From NCBI GenBank assembly GCA_958009085.1, contig OY253672.1, positions 372,001-436,000 of the forward strand: a stretch of DNA of 64,000 nucleotides, written 5' to 3'. This document shows positions 12,001 through 24,000 of this stretch, piece after piece. Source of the DNA: Protoeuglena noctilucae (lineage: Eukaryota). A model generated the notes under the pieces. It did not search any database and was not told the origin of the DNA. It saw nothing but the letters and a program-made list of their open reading frames with translations. The position numbers were made by a program, and so were the translations under genes. Within the stretch, counting starts at the first letter, position 1. Each line of letters begins with the position of its first letter.

Positions 12001-15000
12001 CCGGGCGCGTTGCCCATGACGGCCTGGATGTGGGGATTGACCGTCGTCAGATGCTGCAGCCCGCGGGCGGCACGGGATGCGCTGCCCACCACACCATGCA
12101 GCACGCCCATCGCCCCCGCCGCCGCCTCCCCATGCCCCGTCCATGATTTGCTGGCCTCGATCACAAGCGGGTGACCGGTCTGCCGAGCCCTATCAGCCGC
12201 AATAATGCTCCACATGGCGTTAAATTCGATGGGATCGCCCAGGTGCGTGCCTGTGCCGTGCAAGTGAAGGGCGTGAACGGCAGTGATGGGCATGCCCGCC
12301 TCTGCCAGGGCGGCACGCAGGGTGGCCTGCTGCGCGGGGCCGTTGGGCGCCGTGAGGGACGAGGAGCGGCCGTCCTGAGTCAGAGACGAGGCGGCGAGGG
12401 CCGCGAGGGCTGTACCCGCTGCGCTGGCGGACCATAGGACGACATGCCAGGCCACGACACCCTCAGCTCTGACGTAGCCACTGGCAGACGCGTCCAGGGT
12501 CTTGCACCTGCCGTCCTGCGCCAGCATGCCCGCCAGGTTGAAGGAGGTGTGCACCTCAGGCAGGGCAATGACGTTGACACCAGCCGCGATTGCCCCCGAC
12601 GCCTCCTGTGCCACGCAAGCCCTGCCTGCCAGGTGCAGAGCGACGAGGGACGAGGAGCAAGCCGTGTCGCACGACACACACGGTCCCTTGAGTCCCAGAT
12701 GATAGGAGACGCGCCCAGCAACGACGCTGTTGGATGCAGACGTGGCGGCGAGGGGCGACGACTCGAGAAGACCGAAGCGCTTGACGACCATGATGTGGTC
12801 CTGTTGCGATACTCCCACGAACACCCCGTGTCGGGACACGCCCTCGCTCAGTCCGGTCCCAGTCGCTGACTGCCCCAGCGCGGCTGCTGCCACGTGCAAC
12901 ACCAACCGGTGCTGTGGGTCCATGGATGCTGCCTCTGTGGCATTGACCCCAAACGCCTCGGCATCGAAAGCAAAGGGCTGGTCGATGAAGGCACCAAAGC
13001 GTGGTGGCACCCGGGCCTGTCCCGACACCGGCTGTGTGTCTGGATCCCATCGCGACAATGGCACGGGCGTGATTGGGTCAGTCATCGTTAATGCAGTCAG
13101 GGCGGCACCCGGCGTCTTCGACGCCACGTCGACGATGACCGCGGCGAGGCGTGGTGCGTCGTGGATCTGCGGCGGCGCGCGTGGGGTGGCAGCGGGGGCG
13201 TGCGGGCGAGTGTCTGTAGAAACGTGGGTCATGGACGCGGCCAAAGTGGCAATGGCTGTGACGGTGGGGTAGTCGAAGGCGAGCGTGGATGGGAACTGCA
13301 CACCCAGCGCCGACTCCAGGGCATTCCTCAGCTCCACGGCACCCAGGGAGTCCAGCCCCGCGGCCGCAAGAGTCTCCGTGTCAGAGACGGGACGCCCCAG
13401 CACCGTCCCCGCCAGCTCCCGGACTGTCGCGAGAATGCTGGCGTAGGAAACAGCCGGGGCCGCGTCAGGGCCGGGCGCCTCGCCATCCGCGGCAAAAGTC
13501 GGGTGCTGCGTCATCCGGCGCGGCACGTTCTCTGTGCTGTGCGCCAGGAGGTCGCAAACGTGCTGTGCGAGGAGCTCCGGGGTGGGGTAGTCCATGGCAA
13601 CCGTGGGGTCGAGCCGGACGTGGAATTGTGCCTCTAAGGCGCTCCGCAGTTCCACAGTGCCCAGGCTATCGAGACCCGCACTCATCAGGGGCTCCCCTCT
13701 GCTCACAAACCTGCCCACAATGGACGCTGCGAGGGCGCAGACGCCGTCAAGCACGTTTGCGAAGCTGGGCAGCGCCGCACCGGCAGCCGCCAAGCCGGGC
13801 GAGGCGTGGGGTGCGGAGGGGTGTGTGCTTGGATAGGCGAACGTGCTGCCGTGCTGGCCCGGCCCGGCCTCTCCCCGCCATGCATCCGCGGCGCTCTCGG
13901 AAGCCCTCTGCTCGAGCGTCGCGTGCAAGAAGGCCGCCATCCTCGCCGCATTGGGGTAGTCGAACACGACCGTGGCTGGCAGCTCCACTCTCATCGATGC
14001 TTCCAGCGACGACCTTAGCTCTGAGGCACCGAGGCTGTCCAGCCCCGCATCCATGAAGGGTTCCGATAAGGCCACGGACCTGCCCACAATGCCAGAGACG
14101 GCACTCAGCACCACGCCCTGCACCGTCGCCATGTCAGGGGTGCTTGGCTCAGCTGAGCGCTGCGCTGTGGGCCCAAACGCCCTCTGCATGCCAACACCCG
14201 CGGCGACAGGCGTCGTGCGACGTCGTGCGACGTTCGGAGTCGGCTGTGACCCACCCGCCGGCAGCTGCGACGTGACAAACGTCGCCAGGTCTTTGACGGT
14301 GGGGTAATCGAACGCCAAAGAGGCCGGCAGAGACAGCCCGAAGGCCGACTCGAGACCGGAACGCAGCTCTGCGGAGCCCAGTGAATCGAGGCCCGCTGCC
14401 ATGAGGGGCTCGCTGTCCCCGACGTCCCGGCCGATGATCCCAGACGCGACGCCCCTGACCCGCCGCAGCACGTCCGCGGACTCTGTCCTCTGCACCGATG
14501 CCGCAAGCTGCGGGCGAGGGAGCGGCGCGCGCTGCACTGGCGATGGGAGGTGGGTAGAGAGCAGTCTCGCAACCGGGGCTTCCGTCGATGGGATGGCACT
14601 GCCATGGGTGAAGAGCGGCTGCAATCGTGGGTTGCGTGCCAGGAAGGTCGGCATGTCGAGGGGAGCAGCGCAGAGTGCAGGGTCGGCGAGGGCGGATGCG
14701 CCCAGGGTCGCCTCGAGCGCCGCAAGCCCCGCTTCGGGTGTGATGAGCCGGAACCCCAGGCGCTGGATTCTGGCAGCCACGGCCGCGTCAGAAACGGCCA
14801 TGCCGGCGCCTCCCCAGGGTCCCCACTGCAGCGAGGTGGCGTTCAGGCCCATGGAGTGCGCCGACGAGCACCAGCTGTCCAGGGCGGCGTTGGCGGCAGC
14901 GTAGTTGGTCTGGCCGGCCGACCCCAGAAGGCTCGCGACTGAGCTGAAGGCCACGGTGGTCGCCAGGGCGTGCTGGGAGGAGAGGGCGCTAACGAGAGAC

Positions 15001-18000
15001 AGCCCAGAGAGCTTGGGAGCGACGACGGAGCGGATGGACGCGGGCGTCATGCGGGCAAAGAGGCCGTCTGCCAGGACACCCGCGGCGTGCAGCACACCCC
15101 ACACCCGCATCGGCTGCCGGTCCCGGGTGCCGCGAGCGCGCTCGCAGGTCGGCAGCAGCGCAGCACGGTCCTCTTCGCGCCCGGTGTCGCAGGCAACGCA
15201 GGTGGCGCGGCCGCGTGCCCCCGCCAGCCCCGCCATCGCCGCCCGCCCGCTCCTGCCCAGCAGCACGACGTCCCGCACCCCCCGCGACGCGAGCCATTCC
15301 GAGGCCAGGCCACCGAGGTACCCCGTGCCGCCCGTGATGATCACGCAGCCGTCGGCAGCGGTGGCACGGGCCCTGGCGCTCACCACCACCACCTTCCCCA
15401 CGTGCCGCGCCTGCGACATCTGCCGCAGCGCCGCCACCACGCTGCGCATCGCGTGCTGGACCTGGGGGATGGGCACGAGGCCAGCTCCAAGGGCCTTGGC
15501 TACCCTCGCCATGACAAGCCGCACCGCAAGGGGTGGCAGGTAGTCCAGTGCCACGAAGCTGGGCGTGACGTCGGGGCGGTCGCGTGTGAGCGTTTGCGGG
15601 TGGAACACCCCCCGCTTCCCGATCTCCACAAAGCGCCCGCCACGGGCCAGGGCAGCCAATGAGGCGCGGATGGCGCCGGGTGAGGTGAGGCTGTTGAGAA
15701 TGACCGTGGGTGCAGCGAAGGCGGCGACCTGGGCGAAGTCGACATCGCGCGTAGACGCCACGTGCATCACACCCTGTTGGCGGAGCAGGGCACGCTTGCT
15801 GGGTGACCCCGCCGTGCCAAACACCTGCGCCCCCATGTCTTGCAGGTAGGCCAGCGCTGCCATGCCCACGCCGCCCGTGGCTGCGTGCACCAGCACCCGG
15901 TCTGAGGGCGTCACGCGAGCGGCGTCGTGAAGCGTGAGATCGACCGTGGCGAAGACGGTCGGGCACGCAGCTGCCTCGAGAAGGGACGTGTGGGGCGGCA
16001 CGGGGGCCAGGTTGCGTGCGTCGGTCACGGCGTGGGTGCCCAGACACCCGACAGCCAGGCCAAAGACCCGGTCGCCGACTGCGAGGCCGAGCTCAGAGGA
16101 TGCTTGCGCTCCCACACGGGTGATGACGCCGGCGCAGTCACCGCCGGGGTCCCCGGCGTTGCCCTCGTACAAATCCAGGACATTCAGCACGTCACGGAAG
16201 TTGATCCCCACCGCATGCACCGCCATCTCCACCTCCATCGGCGCCAAATCCCGTGCTGTGGTGTGCACAGCTGCGAGGTTCGACAGCGCGCCACGAGGCT
16301 CGGCGCGGAGGGCCACGCGGGGCGGCGTGGGGCGCGCGGCGGCAGGCACGACAGCGGGGGCGAAGGCGGCGCCCATGTCGGACAGGTGCGACGTGCTTTG
16401 ACGAGTCGGCAGCGAACGTGCTGTAGTGGCACCGGGTGCAGTAGCTTTGGACGCGTTGTCATGACTTGAATGGCAGCCCACCACCACGTCGGCCCTTGCC
16501 ACGCGGCCCTTGCCCGCTTGCGCCATGCGCAACGGCTTGTCTGGCAACTCGGCTGCCAGAGTCCGCGCAAGGCCGGGAATCATGGCGGCCAGCGCAGTGC
16601 GGCCGAGGTCAGCAGCGACCCCACTCCCAGGGCGGCTGGGCCCAGCATCGGTGGCTGAGCTGAAAAGGGTGAGGTCGTTGCCTGGGCCCACTCGGGCCAT
16701 CGCAGCCTGTACTCCCGCAAACAGCGCCAGCGGGGAGGGACCCTTGATGGTCCACGTTCCGCGAGCCGGCGTCTCTGCTGCTGGCTCCGTCACCGCCCAC
16801 TGCAGCTCCGTTAACGCCTCCCAGCGGTGCGGCCCCGCCTGTGCCGGCTCAGGTGCAACGACGGGTGCGGCAGCGCGTTGTGTCTCGGGCGTAGCTCTCG
16901 GAGCCAGGGGCTTGGCCACCAGAGCTGCCAGGGTGCCAAACTTGGCACCGTCGTGATGCCCGCCACCCTCGCCACTCCCCACACCGTACGTGCCGATCAG
17001 AGCGAGCCCGTCCCGCTTGCAGTCTGCCCAAGCATGCAGACTCTCGCCTTGCCTCGGGACCCAAGCGGGCTGCGAGACATCACACGCCAAGATCGCCCCA
17101 GCTGACGCCGGCACCCGCACCTGCCCCCGCTTCTCCCCAGCATCGCGGCCACTCATTGCGAGATCGAAGAGAGCCCCCAGGTGCAGGGCGCTGTCCAACA
17201 GCTCCGGCGGCAGCAACATCTGCAGTCGGCCGGAGCTGCGGGTGTCCAAAGCACCGACCAATGCCCGGCCAGTTGCCAAACGCTGCCGTCGGACCAACGC
17301 GTTCAGTGCGGTGTGTGAAGGACCCAGCGGGTCCGATCCCATCGCCAGTGTCCCTGCGACCTGCACTGCGCTGGCCAGGAGGTTCGTGGAGGTGCCGCGG
17401 GGTCCCGAACTCGACACCCGCACAGCGCCAGACGCGCGAGTCACAGACACCGCCCACGCGCTGCCCTCCGCGCCAGCCAGGAGCAGCGGTGCGGGGATGG
17501 CGATGCCGGCCAGCGCCCGCAAACCCCCACCCGCACCCGCACCCGCCTCGGATCCCGCCAATGCAGCCTCCGCCTCCAGTGCCACCTCCATCAGCCCGGC
17601 CCCCGGGAAGAGCGCCCTCCCCGACACGGCATGGTCCATCAGATACGACAGCGCTGGCTGGTCGGAGTCTCTTGGGATGAGGAACGTGACATCGGCCGCC
17701 GTGACCGTAGGGGCGCGCACGAGGGGCAGCACGGGAGGGGCAATCCAGACGCGGGCACGGGGCCCTGCCGCGGGTTCACCGAAGGTAGGCGACTTGCGAT
17801 CATGCCCCGCTGCCTCAACGAGCACAGCGTGGGCGTTGGTGCCCTGAAAAGCGAACGCGCTGACGGCGTGCGTGGTTTGGTCCAGGAACGCCGACGCTGA
17901 CGGCAGGGGCTGCCGGGACAGCCGCCACGGCGACCGGACCCCCTGCAGCGCCTCAGCGACGTAGGGGTTTACCCTGCGCAGGTGTAGGGTGCTGGCGGAG

Positions 18001-21000
18001 GACTGATATAGCGAGCCCGCTGCCAGTTGCGCCAGTGCCACTGCCCCTGACGCCGGCTCGCTGTGGCCCAGCCAGGATTTGCTAGCCACGGCCGTGATGG
18101 GCTGATGGGAGCCCTTGATCGTCGAAACGATCGCCCCGATCTCAATGGGGTCCCCAAGCGCAGTGCCGGTCCCGTGCAAATGCACTGTCGACACGTCTTG
18201 TGCCAGGGTGCCACCCTGGGCCAGAGCCGCCGCCATGCACTCCGCCTGGGCTCGGCCGTTGGGTGCCGTGAGCCCCGAGGACCGCCCGTCCTGATTCACT
18301 GCCGTTCCTGTCACCGCCAGCAGCGGGCGTGTGTCTGTGTAGCCGTGCGCTTGTGACGGCTGCTGCCCTGGCGTTGCAGATGAGGACCTCTGCCTGTCCG
18401 CGTGCAGGGGCACCAACAGCGTCGCGGCCACCGCCTCGGCGCGCACGTAGCCGTCCGCTGCGGCGTCGAGGGCCTTGCACCTCCCCTCGATGCTCAGCAT
18501 GCCCGCCGCCTCAAACATCGCCCCGCTCTGGGGTATCAACTGCGTCTCGCAGCCACCGCACAGGGCCGCCGTGGCCCTCCCGCGCAGAACGTCGGTGTGG
18601 GCGAGGGAGAAGGCGACGAGAGCCGACGAGCAGGCGGTGTCTGCGGTGATGGCGGGCCCCGTCAGGCCAAAGACATACGCCACACGACCCACCGAGACTG
18701 ACATCGAGGTCCCCTGTGCCGTGCACCCCCCAATCGGGGTAGGCGATAAGTAAATGGCCAGACGTCTATACTCATTCCACGATATCCCGTTATACACCCC
18801 CGCAGGCGTCCCTTTGAGACCGTGCCCCGCCACCATCTCCGCACACAGGTCGAGGAAGAGGCGCTGCTGGGGGTCCATGTTCAGTGCCTCCGAGGCGCCG
18901 ATGCCGTAGGGAGAAGGGTCGAATCGCTCAATGTCTGGAATGTATGCCCCGAAACGCCTTCGAATGCGGTCAGGTCCGGTTGCCAGAATCAGCTGGTCGG
19001 GGTCCCAACGGGAATAGGGAACGTGGTGAATGGCGTCTGGCAGATGCCCGGATGCCATCGCCCGCGCGAGGCCGCGCCCGACGGCGGGGAGGTGGGCGCC
19101 CGACGCAGCGATCGCCACGATGGGTGGCACGTGACCCTCGGAGGTCCCCAGGGGCCGGGGTGGGGGTGGGGTGGGGGTGGTGGGTTGCGGCACGCGTGGC
19201 ATCGGCGCGTTGTGCTCCTGTACAGTATCGGGCTGCTGCTGGGTTGCTTCTGCGAGGGTGGTGTGGATGAAGGCCGCCACCTCCGCCAGAGATGGGAAGT
19301 TGAAGACGAGAGTGGATGGCAGGGACATGTGCGTCTCTCGAGATAAGGCGTTGACGAATTCCACGGCGCTGAGGGAGTCCATCCCCGCGGAGAGGAGCGG
19401 GGCGTGGGGGTCTGGGGTCTCGCCGGTCACCTGAGAGGGGCGCAGAGAAGCAAATGCGTGAACACTCAATAAATGAAGAAAGCATAGCTGGATGAGGGTC
19501 ATGTACATGGTGATATCGCAGGGCAATGGAGGGGCTTTGATGTGAAGCAGTGCAATGCCATAAGACAAGCGCATTGCTAGTCTAATCATCACCCATACAC
19601 AGCAGCTCTGCTCTGTCTTAGTCACCTGCGTAAAGACCTTGGCGACGAGCGCATCCACGCGCTCCCTGGTCCACGCGGCCCTGCTCGGCGCATGGGCCCC
19701 TGCATCCGTCGCAAACGTTGACCCCTCCGCGTGTTGCAGAGACGCCTGCCCTGTCTTGTCATCCGATGCATCTGATGAGAACGTGACGTCGGAGAAGAGC
19801 ATCGGTCGATCAGTCATAGATTCGGCAAACACCGCCCAGTCAAAGGGATTGGCCACCACAGTGTGAGGGTCACGCTGGGCCAGGCCAGCGGTGGGCGGTG
19901 CCGCGAGCACACACAGCGTCTGCTGCAAGAGTCGTATCCCCTGATCGGGCGACAGCAGGCCCTGCCCCAGTCGCCTCAATCGCCTCTGCAGAGCGGCGTC
20001 AGAGGCCATCCCAGACCCCTCCCACGCCCCCCACTGCACCGACGATGCCGCGTGGCCCGACTGGGTCATGGCCTCCGCAGCGCCGTCCAGGGACAGGTTG
20101 GCCGCCACGTAAGGCGCCTGGCCGCGGTTGGCCAGCACAGCGGCGACCGATGAGAAGAGAACCACAGCGCGTGTGCCGCAGACGTGCACGGTGTCAGCCA
20201 CCGCATTTGCAACCGCAGCCTTAGACGCCCACACACGCCGATGGGACGCGACCGTGACGTTCCTGCACAGTGCGTCCTCGAGAACGCCCGCGGCGTGGAT
20301 CACAATGGGGGCAGCAGTGGTCGCGCCTGAGCCAAAGCCAGTGGCACCCTGCAGGGCTGAGGCGTCCAGGCCTCGGACCGTCACTGCTCCCGTGGACCGC
20401 GTCAGGCGTCGCAGAGACGCCGCGGCCTGCTTCGAGACGCCCTGCCACCTGCCGCTGCGTGAGATGAGGGTCACGTGCGCACGAGGCACGGACTGCATGA
20501 GGTGAGAGGTCACCGTCAGGCCCAGGGCCCCCGTGCCGCCGATGACGACAAACGAGCGTGCCTGCGAACAGGATGGAACATAGCATGATTCGAAGCAGTT
20601 AAAGATGCACCAGTCGAGCAGCATCATGGCCCTGCCTAGCGCAGCACTGGCTGTGGCAACGGCAGCGTTGGCAATGGTACGACCCGCACCCGCACGCTCA
20701 CCAAGGGAGGGAGTCGCCGTGAGCGCGACACGACGACCTTGCCCACGTGCTGCGCCTGCGAGAGTTGCCGCAGCGCCGCCACCACGTCACAGAAAGCGTG
20801 GCGGACCTGAGGAAGAGGCTCTGACCCGCAAGCGAGCCGCATCGACACTCGCGCCAGCATCTGCCCCAGCGCCGCGGGCGGCAGGAAGTCCAGTGCCACC
20901 ACCGAGTAGAGCACGTCCGGCCGCTCTCTCGCGACGCGCTGTGCGGCGTGTATGCCCCGCTTGCCGATCTCCACGAACCGCCCGCCCTGCGCCATGCCAG

Positions 21001-24000
21001 CTAGACTGGCCCCGACAAAGCCGGGGCTCGTGAGGCTGTTGAGCACCACGGTGGGTGGACTGAACGCCAGCGCCTCCGTAAACGACGTCTCGCGCGAGGA
21101 GACGGCCGCACGCGCGCCCCACCGCCCTCGTAGCAATGCACGCTTGCCGGGCGACCCCGCCGTGCACACCACCCTCGCCCCCATGTCCGAAGCAGCCTGC
21201 ACGGTGGACATACCCACGCCGCCCGCGGCCGCGTGCACGAGCACGGTGTCGGCGGGTCCCATCTGGGCCGAGCAGTGCAGAGCCAAGTCCACAGTCGCAA
21301 GCACGGTCGGCACTGCCGCTGCCGCCTCCATCGCCACGTGCGGTGGGACGGGCGCCACCGCCCGCGTATCGACCCGGACGACGTCCGCGAGGGCCCCAGA
21401 CGCGATACCAAAGACCGCAGACCCCGGAATCAGCCCCATGGCAATGGCCTTGTCCCCCGCCCGCATCACCACCCCCGCGAAGTCGCCGCCCGGGTCCCCC
21501 GGATCGCCTTTGAACATATCAAGCATTGATAACACGTTTAGAACGTCCTTGAAGTTGAGTCCCACCGCCTGGACAGCCACCTCGACCTCCCAAGGGTGGA
21601 GGGCAGTGGTCGTGTTCACCAGTCGCGGTCGCAGATTGTCAAAGGTGCCCCGCGGCTGGGGAACCAGTCGGAAACCAACAAGCGGGGGCTCAAGGGCGGA
21701 CTGCGCCAGCACGCTGTGGGAGGTGGCGTGGGGGTGCAGGGCGTGGATGTCGAGGCGAGAGGGCGGGGCGAGGGATGTGACGTCTATGTGAGGTGACTGA
21801 GGAGAGAAGAAGAAGCGTGTGGGTGCTAGGGACTCGCCCATGGCGCTCTGAAGCATCCCGAGATCGGGGGCGGGCACTGGGGAAGCTGTACTGCCGGGCG
21901 CACTGACGGCAACGTCAGTGACAGTGCCAGAGTGCGGACTGAGGAGCGCATGGGCAGCGGCGAGTGCGGAGGGGCAGTTCCCTCCCTTCCACTGCAGACG
22001 AGCTCTGCTACGGCCCACGCCTGCATCCACCGTCACCCTGCCGTGGCTGGCGCAGAGGTGACGGTCCGGATGGGGTGCGCTTGGGGCGGGCGTGGCTGCG
22101 ACGTTGCGCAGGATGTCGTAGGCAATGCGACGATCCTCGGCCCGGGTCCTCGCGGACGCGCGCATGGGGGCCGTCGTGACTCCCGCACCCGAGCACTCGG
22201 AGCCCCTCCTCATGACACGCAGGTCTGACACGTGCCGACTGGCATCCGCGTCGCCAGTGCGCTCCCTGGGCAGCCACGTGGCCCACGACTCCTCCGCAGA
22301 CACGAACTCGTTCTTGCTGCGCCAGTCCCGCTCCCAGCAGTCCGCCACGCGCATTGCACCAAACGACACCGGCACAAGCACCGATATCGGCGGCCGCCCC
22401 GACACACCCAGCTGCAAGGCGGCGTCCAGGGCAGGTGCCACGAGCTCCGCCGCGGACAGCAAACTCTCCACGGCGCCCATGACTGGGCCCGGGGCCGCGG
22501 GAGCTGAAGGTCGTGAGGCAGCGAGCGGGCTCGCGCTAAGCGCAGTCGTCGCGCAATGCAAAGCCCCGCCGACGACGGCGCAGCGCCCGGTGGCGTGGGT
22601 CGTGGGCGCATCGCCCGACGCGTCGTGCGAGAGTGCGACGATGCCGGACTCTGGATGCACGGTGCAGCACAGGAGCGTCTGTCCCGCATGGCTCGCATCG
22701 CGCAGGATGAGAGGGGCGGAGATGACGAAGGAGGCGATCGCCCGGGGCTCCTCAATATCTGTGAAGACGTCCAGAGCTGTGCCGCACGCGGCAGCGGATG
22801 CCTCGACCATCGCCGCCCCCGGGAGCAGGGCCCTGCCCAGCACGACGTGGTCGCGCATGCAGGCCAAGCTGGGGTCCGAGAGGCGGCAGAAGACGACGAC
22901 GGCGCGGTCGGCAAGAGCGGAGCCTGACAGGGCCCTCGGACCCAGCACCGACGCACGACGCCAGATCCACCACGGCCGTCGTTGCCACGCCAATGGCGCA
23001 GAAGCCAGCGGGCCTGCCGCCTTGTCCACTGCTGTGTCAGGCACGTGCAATATCGCGTGGGCGTTGGTGCCCTGGAACGCGAACGCACTTACGGAGCCCC
23101 ACACGCCGTGGCTGTCAGGCACAGGCAAAGGCGCCACGGTGCGGGGTGCTGACATGGACGGCGGCGCGCCCCCACGCCCGTGGCTCCGGAGCGCAGCGGA
23201 GACGTAGGGGTTGAGGGCCACCAGGTGGTGCAGGGGCAGACCCTGCCTGCGGTCCTGCAGAGCCCGCGTGAGGGTCGCCAGTCCCACGGCACCTGCGGCC
23301 GGCTCCGTGTGGCCCAGAGAGGCCTTCGCTGAGGTCATCGCGAGCGGAGGGGCGGCCCGGGCGCCGGCCGGGGCAGCGGGGCGCAGGGCGGCCATCGCTG
23401 CAGAGACCTCGATCGGGTCACCCAGGGCAGTGCCTGTGCCATGCATCTGCAGCGCGGCGATGGCGGCGCCCGGCGCGTCGCGCAGAGCGCCGCGGATCGC
23501 GTCCTGCTGCGCGGGGCCGCTCGGGGCGGTGAGCGACGAAGAGCGGCCGTCTTGGTTGACGTGAACGGCGGCGACGATGGGGGCGTCGTCACCCGTTGCC
23601 TGGGGTGAGGAATGAGGAGTGAGAGTGAGGTCTAGGTGGGTAGGGGCAGCGTATGCAGTGGTAGCTGTTGGGGCACAACAGGCTGACTTGCAACAAACAG
23701 AGTGGTAATGCGACAGGGCAGTCACTGTTACCATCGCGGGACACAAAGCCTTAGCATGCGTGCACAAGAGGATGGAGCGGCTCGCATTGAGTATGGACTC
23801 GCACCTCGCAGAAGAGGATTGCCACTGCCGCCTCGGATCGCACGTAGCCGTCGGCCGTGGCATCCAGGGTCTTGCACCGGCCCACGTCAGAGAGCATGCC
23901 CGCCTGGGATCATTTGAAAGCAAGAGGATATCAGTCACTCTTTGATATACCACAGCTCTCTTACGTGACCCTGACCCTTTCCATCAATCTTGTCAGTTGC

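Noticed and set aside
13240..14480. Beta-branching ACP cassette
   Set aside because: No GxDSxxxxxW signature and no HMGS/ECH genes in the window
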